In this document: positions 47,597-56,409 of the stretch, in pieces
How positions within the stretch are numbered: the first letter of the stretch is position 1
How the letters are laid out: each line of letters begins with the position of its first letter
Virus record (IMG/VR): IMGVR_UViG_3300028920_000027
Location: 96,001-160,000 of that record
DNA length: 64,000 bases
Direction: 5' to 3' (one strand)
Source: a virus
Translations under genes and position numbers: made by a program
The notes under the pieces: model-generated
What the model was told of the DNA's origin: nothing
The model's database searches: none
Seen by the model: the letters and a program-made list of their open reading frames with translations, nothing else

Positions 47597-47646
47597 CTCT
47601 CCCTGCGGATTGACTCTCACCATCAGGGGCGACCCTGCGGATTGAC
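47585..47646 (+). repeat. Two degenerate CRISPR-repeat-like units between cas11 and cas7
   Basis: AGGGGG-CTAACTCT-CCCTG-CGGATTGAC and CAGGGG-CGA-CCCTG-CGGATTGAC; exact 14-nt direct repeat CCCTGCGGATTGAC at 47601 and 47633. Confidence 0.55.
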
Positions 47647-47668
47647 CCAAATGTAAATGTGGAGAAAA

Positions 47669-48670
47669 ATGACTAAGACAACTACGACTAAGGCAACTAC
47701 TCTTCCCGCCCTCGATGGACTTTTGGTAATCGAGGCCCACAACGACGCCCTCAATATCGACCCCGATGTCGGAGTGCCCCGCACCAACCCCATCTCGGGA
47801 AAGGGGGAGGTTAGCGCTGAATGCATAAAGGCCAAAATCCGGCGGTCCGCTATGCGGCTCAACCCGACTTTGGTGCCGTTCTACCACCGTGGCGCCGTCC
47901 ACCAGGACCACATCGAGCAGGCATACGAAGCTGCCGGCGCCATCGTCAAGACTGCGAAGAAGGCGTCCAAGAAGACTGCGAAGGCTGAGGCCCCCGACAT
48001 CGAGGATACTGAGGCCCCCGACACCGAGGATGCCGAGGATAACACCATCACGATCGACACCATCAAAGGCAACGCCGAGCTGTGCCGCATCTTCTTCGAC
48101 GTCTCTTGGTTTGGACTGGTGGTCACCAAGCCGGGTCGCGGTCAGATCCGGGGACCATTCTCATTCGGGATTGGCGAGACCGTCTATCCTGTGAATCTGG
48201 ATGAGCGCCTCCTGACCCGCCAGACGGTCACCAACCGAGAACGGTCAGACAAGCAGAAGGGTGCCAACCAGGAGTTCGGACGCAAGACCGTTGTGACCCA
48301 TGGGGTCTACCTCGTACACTGGCACTTCGACCCCTTCTGCGCCGACCAGAACGGGCTCACGGAGCAGGACCTGGCGGAGTTCATCGAGGCCATGCTCCAC
48401 ATGTTCCGCAACGACCAGTCGTCAGCACGGAACAACGTGACACTGCGGAAGGCTTATGTCTTCGAGCACGCGAGTCCCTTCCGGGACGCCGAACCGGTCG
48501 AGCTTTTAGAGCAAATCAAGGTCACGGCCGAGAACCCCGACACCGCGGTCTCTTGGGACGCCTACACAGTCGAGGTCCCGGCAGACTTGCCTGAGACGAT
48601 CAAGCTCCACGTCCTCAAGGACGGCCTCACCATCAACAATCCCTGGGTCAAGGCATCCGCTGCCGAATAA
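47669..48670 (+). CDS. cas7: Cas7c (Csd2) backbone subunit
   Basis: NIDPDVGVPRT...GEVSAECIKAKIR...FFDVSWFG...GQIRGP...FGRKTVVTHGVY...MFRNDQSSAR. Confidence 0.9.
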   Translation: MTKTTTTKATTLPALDGLLVIEAHNDALNIDPDVGVPRTNPISGKGEVSAECIKAKIRRSAMRLNPTLVPFYHRGAVHQDHIEQAYEAAGAIVKTAKKASKKTAKAEAPDIEDTEAPDTEDAEDNTITIDTIKGNAELCRIFFDVSWFGLVVTKPGRGQIRGPFSFGIGETVYPVNLDERLLTRQTVTNRERSDKQKGANQEFGRKTVVTHGVYLVHWHFDPFCADQNGLTEQDLAEFIEAMLHMFRNDQSSARNNVTLRKAYVFEHASPFRDAEPVELLEQIKVTAENPDTAVSWDAYTVEVPADLPETIKLHVLKDGLTINNPWVKASAAE

Positions 48671-48685
48671 TAGCCCGCTACCATG

Positions 48686-48718
48686 CCAGGGAGGGGGGTT
48701 TTTGACCCCCCTCCCTGG
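48686..48718. terminator. Strong hairpin between cas7 and the helicase gene
   Basis: CCAGGGAGGGGGG/CCCCCCTCCCTGG inverted repeat; directly followed by GGTG-TAGTTT. Confidence 0.6.
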
Positions 48719-48738
48719 TGTAGTTTTTGGGAACGTTC

Positions 48739-51252
48739 ATGAGATTCCGACACTATCAGATTCACGGATTCAGCGCGGCGACGAGTCGTCGTTGGCGTTT
48801 CATCTACCTATGCTGGGCTGTAGCTTCCGGTAAGACAGCGTTCACCCATGCCTACCTGGCCGAAGTTTTCCGCAACGGCTGGCACTCGCACGCAGTCATT
48901 GTGGGGCCCTACGAGCCCATCCGCAACGGGTTCGACACCAGCAAACTGGGTGACGATAAGCGCGAGTTCTGCATGGGGGGTGTCACTGTCCGGGCTTGGG
49001 CAGGGATGGTTCGAGAGTTGAAGAGAGGGTCCTCCCAAGCCGGCCAAGCCGGCCGCATTGAGTCGACCGTTCGGGAGTTGGTCAGCTACTTGCTGAACCC
49101 TCGCCCCACGGATGAAGCCACGGGAAGGCCTTACGCTGTCAGCGTGTGTACGCAGACAGCTCTTCAGTTAATCCTTCATATGGACCAGCTACCGGCTGAC
49201 ATGAGTCACGTGCTGTTCGTCATCGACGAAGCTCAGGGTATCGGTGCTGACTGTACCAACCGTGTCGTGAACACCCTGATTTCTCGGGGAACTCGCTTCA
49301 TCCTTGCATCGGGGTCACCGTACCGGGACGACAACCGAAATGTCCTCCCCGACCCCAATGACCCAGATGTTCTCATTCTCTCCCGGTCTCTGGCAGAGCA
49401 GATTCACGAGGGGTATGCCCCTCGTGTTAAGTTCGAGGTCGAGGTCGTTGACTGCGATGGGGACACCTATGAGTCCCGTCAGCAGCAGATGATCGACCAT
49501 GTGGTGGCCGACTTCCAACCTGGCCAGAAGAAAGTCATCCGTGCTGTCCCTGCGCGGGGTGCCATGTACGACAGGGACGGTGAGGATGCCGATGCCGATG
49601 ACTTCTCGGAGAACGTCGATGACGTGAGAGTAGGGGTGCGACTCCGGGACCTGGCGCTCAGGGCTTTTACTGAAAGGGGTTTACGATTTCGGGATGCCAC
49701 GAGCTACCCAGGCAACCACGGCGACGACTGGCTGGAGTCCGAGCGTCGGGTTCGCGACTTCAATGATTCGGAAGTTGATGTGGTGTGGGGGATCAACCGC
49801 ATCTACTGCGGCATGGATTGGGCTCTGGCGAACACAGTGTGCTGCCTAGACTTCCCCACGACTTTACCCTTGATCGTCCAGCTCCTCGGGCGTGGCATGA
49901 GGTACAAGGGCGGCCGGCACGGAGGTGGGTATGCCAACTACCCGGAGCAGTACCTCGAACGGACGCTTCTCAAAATCTACGTTCCCGGCCGACGTGACGG
50001 AAGTGAGCGCTTCTTTCGGCACGACATGGCCCAGGTAGCTGTCAAGATCGGAGCTGTCCTCGCCACAGTAGCTCTCCCGGACGGCTTGACCGCCAAGCTG
50101 GATATGCACCGAGCTTTGAGGTCCCCTCTCAGCGACGCTTCGGTCGTCGAAGGCACTGGTAGGGGGAGTGCCAACGAAAGCGAGATCGCCGAAGCCGCTA
50201 GTCAACACTTCATGATCCACTACGGACGGCGGGAGTGCACCGTTGGTGAAGCTCGTGATCAGCTCATGCGTGCATACCGCATTCGTCGCCAAAGGCAGGG
50301 TCTCGAGGTGTCGGATGAAGACGTGGAGGCAATCAACCTCTTACTCCACCGTTTCATCAGCGAACGCAACGAACGAAACCCGTTGGATCGTGAAAGCCAG
50401 CGACGCATGGGAGAAGCCCATGACCGCGCCGTTGAAGCCGCTGCTCGACGCCATCCCCACAACCCGAGACGGTTGGTACAGGAAGCCTATCGCCGCGTGA
50501 TTGACGAGTACAGCGAGATGCGGATCGTAACCGCTGAATCACCTCTTCTCAGCACCATTGTGCGATTCGTGATCGACCTCGACGATGGGACAGCAGGCGG
50601 CATTGCACAAAGGTTGGAACAAGAGTCTCGACCTCTACATGAGCAAGCTGTGCGCCACTGGGCTATGGCCTACTGGACCAACAACGGAGCCTTCCCTGAC
50701 ACCGACAGTGGCCCCGTCCAGGAAGACCCTCGCGAAGATTGGTCTCGCGTCATTGCCGCTTTACAAGGGGGTTATCGAGGACTACCCTCACACCCTTCTG
50801 TGGAAGACCTGGTGCGTTCCCATCAGATGAGTGATGGCGACGTGTTGCATCTATTCAGGCTCTGCCCCGACTTATTGCCATCGGACTTGACGGTGGGGTG
50901 GACGTCAGACGTGAGTCTGCAATTCTACTACGATCGGTACCGAGACATGAGGCGCACCGCCGAGGCGTTACCTCCACACACTTGGAATAGGCTCGTTGAC
51001 TACTTGCTCCAGCAATCAACCATTCGGCTGGGCTCCCTGTTGAACCTATTTCGAGAAACTCCAGTGACAGTTGACCTTCGGGCCCGACGGCCCTGGTATC
51101 TGTTCTGGCACTCCGTGAGCCGCGCTTCTTCGGAAGGTAGGGACCTCGACCTGCGGACATTGCGAACCTGGATTCGACGGGTTCGCAATGGAGCTGTCTC
51201 TATTGGCCAGGTCTACGACGACGACAGTTCAGCTACCACCGTAGTGGTGTAA
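48739..51252 (+). CDS. SF2 (ResIII-like) helicase with unknown C-terminal region; no HD nuclease domain
   Basis: FRHYQ (Q motif), ASGKT (I), IDEAQG (II), ASGSP (III), CGMDW (V), QLLGRGMR (VI). The helicase core begins at the N-terminus, leaving no room for an N-terminal HD domain. Confidence 0.8.
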   Translation: MRFRHYQIHGFSAATSRRWRFIYLCWAVASGKTAFTHAYLAEVFRNGWHSHAVIVGPYEPIRNGFDTSKLGDDKREFCMGGVTVRAWAGMVRELKRGSSQAGQAGRIESTVRELVSYLLNPRPTDEATGRPYAVSVCTQTALQLILHMDQLPADMSHVLFVIDEAQGIGADCTNRVVNTLISRGTRFILASGSPYRDDNRNVLPDPNDPDVLILSRSLAEQIHEGYAPRVKFEVEVVDCDGDTYESRQQQMIDHVVADFQPGQKKVIRAVPARGAMYDRDGEDADADDFSENVDDVRVGVRLRDLALRAFTERGLRFRDATSYPGNHGDDWLESERRVRDFNDSEVDVVWGINRIYCGMDWALANTVCCLDFPTTLPLIVQLLGRGMRYKGGRHGGGYANYPEQYLERTLLKIYVPGRRDGSERFFRHDMAQVAVKIGAVLATVALPDGLTAKLDMHRALRSPLSDASVVEGTGRGSANESEIAEAASQHFMIHYGRRECTVGEARDQLMRAYRIRRQRQGLEVSDEDVEAINLLLHRFISERNERNPLDRESQRRMGEAHDRAVEAAARRHPHNPRRLVQEAYRRVIDEYSEMRIVTAESPLLSTIVRFVIDLDDGTAGGIAQRLEQESRPLHEQAVRHWAMAYWTNNGAFPDTDSGPVQEDPREDWSRVIAALQGGYRGLPSHPSVEDLVRSHQMSDGDVLHLFRLCPDLLPSDLTVGWTSDVSLQFYYDRYRDMRRTAEALPPHTWNRLVDYLLQQSTIRLGSLLNLFRETPVTVDLRARRPWYLFWHSVSRASSEGRDLDLRTLRTWIRRVRNGAVSIGQVYDDDSSATTVVV

Positions 51253-51361
51253 GGTAGCGAGGGGTTCGGTGATACCGAAACCCCCAACACCTCTCGCAGC
51301 CCAAATTTTCAAGGGGGTTCCCACCCCCTTGGTCTTTGACAGCACATAACCGCTCGCATCC
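51253..51361 (+). promoter_or_regulatory. Truncated CRISPR leader of array 2
   Basis: GCGAGGGG..CCCC..ACCTCTCGCA..GGGGGT..CTTTGACA as in leader 1, but only ~20 nt before a 5'-truncated first repeat. Confidence 0.6.
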
Positions 51362-51934
51362 CAATTCTTGCCCTTGAGGATTCCAACAGCTCCTCCAGAA
51401 CACCCGGGGCGAGTCGGCCGTACAGGAACAAGGGCAATTCTTGCCCTTGAGGATTCCAACCACAACTTCGAGTTGGTTCACTACGGGGAGGGGCAAGGGC
51501 AATTCTTGCCCTTGAGGATTCCAACCATGGTTCGGCGAACGAACTTGCATTTCTCGTACTGCGGGACAAGGGCAATTCTTGCCCTTGAGGATTCCAATGA
51601 TCTGCTGTGAGACAAAGCTAAAATGCCCTCTCTGAAACAAGGGCAGTTGCCCTTGAGGATTCCAACATCGCCCACGAGACCAAGGCAGACTTCGACGAAT
51701 GGCAAGACAAGGGCAGTCCATGCCCTGAGGATTCCAACGTGGCTCCCGCGACCCGGTCGAACACCTCGAGGAAGGAGACAGTCTTGGCCCTTGAGGATTC
51801 CAACCTGCGGTAATGGCACAAGCAGACGTTTTACCGTCGTGAGACAAGGGCCTTGCCCTTGAGGATTCCAACATCCAAAACCACTCTGGGAGCTACGGCT
51901 ACATCGTATGTGTCTTTGCCCTTGAGGATTCATG
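51362..51934 (+). CRISPR. CRISPR array 2: ~9 repeats, consensus near GGGACAAGGGCAATTCTTGCCCTTGAGGATTCCAAC, 8 spacers, increasingly degenerate 3'
   Basis: Repeats enumerated directly; CAAGGGC/GCCCTTG hairpin; 29-37 nt unique spacers. Confidence 0.93.
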
Positions 51935-52138
51935 AGGGAGAATCCCGCGACCGGTGTATAGTTCTGCTCAGGCCATGCTGACGTTGGCCTGCACCCCTGA
52001 GCCCGGCACCCCACGGCGGGCTCCCTCAACGGGGCGAAGAGGGTCCGAAACGCTCTCACTGCCGGTGTTGGTGATTCCATTCCCGAGTGGAGTCCGGCGT
52101 GGGGGCGGGTGCCACTCGGTCGAAGTGGAGTCCACAAC

Positions 52139-52912
52139 ATGACCAACTCTCGCAAGCAGCGGGCCAAGAAGCTCGCGAAGAAGCTCCGCATTTCCCACCA
52201 GGGCGCCACCAACCTCATGCGCCAGCAGCAGGACCAAGACCTCCGGGACGCGCCCCCGTGGTACCTTCGCACATTCGAGGTTCGCGAAAACGGTCAACTG
52301 CTTCCACTTCCGCCCACATCCTACAGCGAGATGCTGGAGCAGATCCGCGTCTTCATGGTTGCTAACTCCGATTACCAGCTGTCCCTTGCGGACGAGCCCC
52401 TCGGCTTGCGAGAGGTTCTACGCCGCAGCGCCCTGGCCACGAGTCGTTTCAACAAGGGCCTGATCTTCGAGGTCGAGGGCTCGCAGCTCCTAGCCGAGCC
52501 CGCAGGAGAGTGGTCCGATCAAAAAGCTCCCCACACCAAGCTTCAAGACAAGATCGAAGCCGCTCTCAAGGACGTCAACGTTTTTGCAACGCCAACCTAC
52601 ACGGAGATTCGGTTCGAGAACGCCGACGGTAGTCTCTGGGGATCCACGTCCGAGTGGGCACCTGAGGTCACGGCCAAAACGGACACCCTGCTCCAACGCA
52701 AGATGTGGGTCATCCGGCGGGCGTGGACCATATACCGTAACCAGGTCTCACGCCACGAGGCTCCGGAAGACCGCCGCTACGACCAACCCGATCCCGAAGA
52801 TCGAAAGGAGCGGGAGACCCTCTGGGAGGCTCGCAGTACCTGGTACAGGGAGGGGGTGTTCGAGCGCTTTGGGCACCCCGCACGCATCGTGCTTCAGCCG
52901 AGCACCCTTTAG
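52139..52912 (+). CDS. Hypothetical protein
   Basis: MTNSRKQRAKKLAKKLRISHQGA start; long ORF. Confidence 0.6.
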   Translation: MTNSRKQRAKKLAKKLRISHQGATNLMRQQQDQDLRDAPPWYLRTFEVRENGQLLPLPPTSYSEMLEQIRVFMVANSDYQLSLADEPLGLREVLRRSALATSRFNKGLIFEVEGSQLLAEPAGEWSDQKAPHTKLQDKIEAALKDVNVFATPTYTEIRFENADGSLWGSTSEWAPEVTAKTDTLLQRKMWVIRRAWTIYRNQVSRHEAPEDRRYDQPDPEDRKERETLWEARSTWYREGVFERFGHPARIVLQPSTL

Positions 52913-53453
52913 ACAATCCCCAAGCCGTTGCCAACGAACTCGTGTCCCGGACCCACCGGATCCGAAACCTTACTGTTGATGAGCTTCAGCGAGACGCCTG
53001 GAGCCCGTACCGGGTCCAAGGCCCCAATGGCTGGATGGGGTGGGCCGCACCCGACGGGCACTGCCACGTCAGCGAGGATCGCACCTCCGTGTGTGTCTAC
53101 TGGTGCCCAGCCTGCCGCGCGGACCAACCCCAATGAATGACCCCTGTCCCCTGTGCCGACGGGGGGGCAGGGTCCCCGGTCCGCGCCTACAAGACCAAGA
53201 TGTACAGGATGTGTCCCCGTGTGCTCCTCAAGTGCACCAGCTGTGGCTATGAGTGGTTCGGGTACGCCAAGAAGCGAATCCGTTAAGGCGAAGGGGGCAG
53301 CCGCCAGGTTGACTCCAGAACTACTAGAGTACTCAGTTTGGATCAACCCTTTACTCCATGACTTTTGAGTTTCCGACCTCCGCGGCGTACAGTGGTGCAT
53401 GAGGTCACGAATGACTGAACGTTTCCAAGGATCACATCGTATGGGGGAGTATC

Positions 53454-53717
53454 ATGGCAACTCTCACTGAGATGAACGCTGAACACAACCTCTTGACCAA
53501 GGCTTTTGATCTGGTCAAGCCCTCGACGCACTGGAAGGACGTTATCAGTGCCTATGTCCCGGCCCACGCTCTGGTCGAGGCTGGGGTCACCATCGAAGAC
53601 GTCGCCCGTGCGGTGATCCACTTCACTGCGACCGAGGCTGATGTCAATCCCTTGAGCATGGGCGCTTTCTTCGTCCAGGCCAAGGGTTACCGCGCCGGGC
53701 CGGCGGGAGACCACTGA
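53454..53717 (+). CDS. Small hypothetical protein
   Basis: GGAG RBS; AFDLVKPSTHWKD...FTATEA...QAKGYRAG. Confidence 0.6.
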   Translation: MATLTEMNAEHNLLTKAFDLVKPSTHWKDVISAYVPAHALVEAGVTIEDVARAVIHFTATEADVNPLSMGAFFVQAKGYRAGPAGDH

Positions 53718-53718
53718 A

Positions 53719-54006
53719 GTGCAGATCAAGTTCACTGTTCACCGGGACGGTCACATTTCCAGAGAGGTCGTCGAACGGCCCTTCACGTTGGCGCTTGATG
53801 TCTTGCGCATCACTCGCCCCACGGATGACCGCATCAAAATGGTCTCTCCGGCGCCACAGCCTACTCCCACCCCGGCGCCCAAGCCCACCCTCCGGGCTGT
53901 CTCCTACCATGGGGTCCCTTTGGGGTACATAGACGACTTTCCAATTGAGGTTCAGCACGCTTTGGATGCCCTTGAGGTTGATGGTGACCATCAAAACTGC
54001 TGGTGA
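53719..54006 (+). CDS. Hypothetical protein
   Basis: Coupled to the upstream gene. Confidence 0.45.
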   Translation: MQIKFTVHRDGHISREVVERPFTLALDVLRITRPTDDRIKMVSPAPQPTPTPAPKPTLRAVSYHGVPLGYIDDFPIEVQHALDALEVDGDHQNCW

Positions 54007-54304
54007 CCTGGTTATGGCCCTCGATCAGGGGGAGTTCAGCAGCATAGGGTCCTACCCCCTCTACTTCATCACCTCGAACGAGGATTGCCTGCACCCCAAG
54101 TGCGTGCGCGAACTTCTCGACCCCGACCAGACGGGCCTGGGCGTGCGCGAACTCCTCGATACCCGTGACCCTGCTGAGGCGACCACGGTCGACGAGTGGA
54201 AGATTATCTCGCACGGAATCAACTGGGGCATTCCCGACCTCTACTGCGCCCATTGTGGCGCGCGCATCGAATCTGCCTGTGAGGAGCAAGCCGATGATTC
54301 TTGA
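53984..54304 (+). CDS. Hypothetical protein with CxxC pairs
   Basis: GSYPLYF...CLHPKC...LYCAHCGARIESA. Confidence 0.55.
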   Translation: MTIKTAGDLVMALDQGEFSSIGSYPLYFITSNEDCLHPKCVRELLDPDQTGLGVRELLDTRDPAEATTVDEWKIISHGINWGIPDLYCAHCGARIESACEEQADDS

Positions 54305-54650
54305 GCGAGCAGAAGCCTGGCATGTCCGGGATACTCACACCGACGCCCAATACCTCGTGCAGTTCTGGGACACCCATCAGGAACGGCATGGTCGACGTCG
54401 CATGGCCGTGGCTGTGTTCCGTCAGAATCCAACCTTCCCATCCAACTACCACCTCATCCAGCGCACTCGTGTCTGGCCCATCCCTTCGTTGTCGTGCGAC
54501 GGCCCCGAAGTCGCCACCTACGTTGTCAGTGAAGTGACTTGGGAAATCCTCGACGACTACGTTCCCGAAAAGGACCTTGATGTCTCTCTTGAATCCGTCG
54601 AGAACCTTGGCGAGATCCACCTCACCCACAACCTGTTCAAAGCACCGTGA
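54294..54650 (+). CDS. Hypothetical protein
   Basis: Operon-like overlap. Confidence 0.5.
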   Translation: MILERAEAWHVRDTHTDAQYLVQFWDTHQERHGRRRMAVAVFRQNPTFPSNYHLIQRTRVWPIPSLSCDGPEVATYVVSEVTWEILDDYVPEKDLDVSLESVENLGEIHLTHNLFKAP

Positions 54651-54862
54651 AATACCAACTTCATGAGAAGTGCCCCGCCTGTGAACGAACGCGTACGGAC
54701 TCCGGCGTGTCCGTTGCTGAAACCGTGGCCATGCACAACCCCGACACCACGGACCTGAACGCCCGCGCCACGCTCCGGTGCCGCGCCTGCGGGCACACGT
54801 GGGAAGGTCACACCACGAGCCCATATACCCAGAGAATGCGCCGACGAGGGAGAATCCGATGA
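54647..54862 (+). CDS. Small zinc-ribbon protein
   Basis: CPAC...CRACGHTW. Confidence 0.55.
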   Translation: MKYQLHEKCPACERTRTDSGVSVAETVAMHNPDTTDLNARATLRCRACGHTWEGHTTSPYTQRMRRRGRIR

Positions 54863-55278
54863 ACACCAAGCTAATGCCTAGAGCGGAACAATCACAGCGG
54901 CTTACTCTCATCGCGCAGAAACTGCGAGGGGTGGACCGCCGGGATCCCGTCGTGGATGAGTTCGTCGATCTTCTGAGCCGCCACCTAGCCACTACTTGCG
55001 ATCTCAGCATTAGAGACCGAACTCTGACCCTGGTGCTCTTGCCTCTCAGAGGCGCCCCCACGCCCCGGAAGCGAACCCCTCATGGGGTGAGCCACTCCAT
55101 GGATCAGATCTTGATCGTCGATCCCGAGAGCTTTCGGGTCATCGAGGTCATCAAGGACTGTTTTGGCCGGACCAGACCGGGGGATCCCGTGTACCAGGGA
55201 GACTTTATTCGGCTGGGACGGGCGCGGCTGGCCGAGGAAGCTCGGCCTACCTTGTGGGAGCGGCTCGACGAGGAGTAG
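54859..55278 (+). CDS. Hypothetical protein ending PTLWERLDEE
   Basis: ATGA overlap; C-terminal WER motif. Confidence 0.6.
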   Translation: MNTKLMPRAEQSQRLTLIAQKLRGVDRRDPVVDEFVDLLSRHLATTCDLSIRDRTLTLVLLPLRGAPTPRKRTPHGVSHSMDQILIVDPESFRVIEVIKDCFGRTRPGDPVYQGDFIRLGRARLAEEARPTLWERLDEE

Positions 55279-55753
55279 TGTACTCGGTCATCCCAAGGGC
55301 AACGTAGGCCCACTCGACAGCCGTCGAGAGAAAGTGCTCGGGGAATGGTAGCTCAGTGGCGGCGGCCATGAGGTTGAGGACCCCAAAAACGAAGGCGTCA
55401 GAGGGAGACTTGGGCTTGCTGATGGGAGGGTACTTCTCGGCGATGCGACCGAGTATATCCTGGGAGACTTTCAGGCTGTTTGGTGAAGATGAAATGCACT
55501 CCCACATCCTGGTGGCCCGCTGGTCCAGAGTGAGATGGGGTAGGACCTCGGCCATGAGATCCCGCACGGCAACGAGGACCTGCTCTTCATAGTCGAACTC
55601 GTCGGCCTCAACACGCCCATGAAAGCGGAGGACCGCCCTCTCGTACTGAGACCAAGTCCCTTGGTCAATTAGACCTTCTTTGATCGCCTGTTCAATAGGG
55701 CTGAAGCCCTGCTGGGCAGCCTTAAATCGCGCGAGTTTCTTGTAGAGTCCCAT
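55247..55753 (-). CDS. Hypothetical protein, possible N-terminal HTH
   Basis: GGTG-TAGAAT upstream; IDQGTWSQYER. Confidence 0.5.
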   Translation of the reverse strand: MGLYKKLARFKAAQQGFSPIEQAIKEGLIDQGTWSQYERAVLRFHGRVEADEFDYEEQVLVAVRDLMAEVLPHLTLDQRATRMWECISSSPNSLKVSQDILGRIAEKYPPISKPKSPSDAFVFGVLNLMAAATELPFPEHFLSTAVEWAYVALGMTEYTTPRRAAPTR

Positions 55754-55809
55754 CAGGATCAGATTCTACACCAGATCGGCTGAACGTTTTCGAAACTCGC
55801 GGCGTATGG

Positions 55810-56382
55810 TTGGGTATGGCACTACCCGCATCCGCACTATTCGCCCGCCCCTCTGGCAAGCCCGCACCCGCCAAAGATTACTCTGGTGAGCAAGCAGCCC
55901 TGACCAGGGCTGGCGTTCCCGAGAGCAACGACGAGCACCCTGTTTTGAATCTCGTCGAGCGTCGTGACGCTTACAACGCGGTTGACTTCGATAAGAGCCG
56001 CGTGCCCACGGCGGTCCTACGCCAGCTCGCTCACGAAGCTCTGCTCACCCGGTGCTGGGCCCAGGCCCGCATCTACCTCGACGACCTCGGAAAACGGTCC
56101 AACAATACCGAGCCCCTCAACCGTGACGACTACTGTATCAGTGGACTATATTATGACATCATCGTTGACCGCATCAAGAGCGTCAACCTGAAGGTCAAGC
56201 CTACTCGTGGAGCCGAAGTGAGGATGGACGACCTCAAGAAGGGTGACCGCTTCGTCGATGTCCAGGGTAAGACTTGGGTCTACCAACGTCGGCACGGGAC
56301 CAACCGCGGGGCCCACATCGTGGTTGACGATGTGGGCTTCTCTACGGTATTCGCTGGGTGTGCGACGGTGACAAAAGTCTAG
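55810..56382 (+). CDS. Hypothetical protein
   Basis: Open ORF. Confidence 0.5.
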   Translation: MGMALPASALFARPSGKPAPAKDYSGEQAALTRAGVPESNDEHPVLNLVERRDAYNAVDFDKSRVPTAVLRQLAHEALLTRCWAQARIYLDDLGKRSNNTEPLNRDDYCISGLYYDIIVDRIKSVNLKVKPTRGAEVRMDDLKKGDRFVDVQGKTWVYQRRHGTNRGAHIVVDDVGFSTVFAGCATVTKV

Positions 56383-56409
56383 CGGGCTCCACTCTCAAAC
56401 GGCTTGGAC

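Noticed and set aside
48739-51252. Calling the helicase cas3
   Set aside because: No HD nuclease motif; the helicase core starts at the N-terminus; motif spellings (DEAQ, SGSP) and the C-terminal region do not look like Cas3.
43293-51934. Self-targeting spacers
   Set aside because: No spacer match to the rest of the window was found by eye; the check was not exhaustive and needs BLAST.
51233-52272. ORFs 51233-51874 and 51481-52272 (minus) with repeated peptides
   Set aside because: They are translations of CRISPR array 2 repeats.
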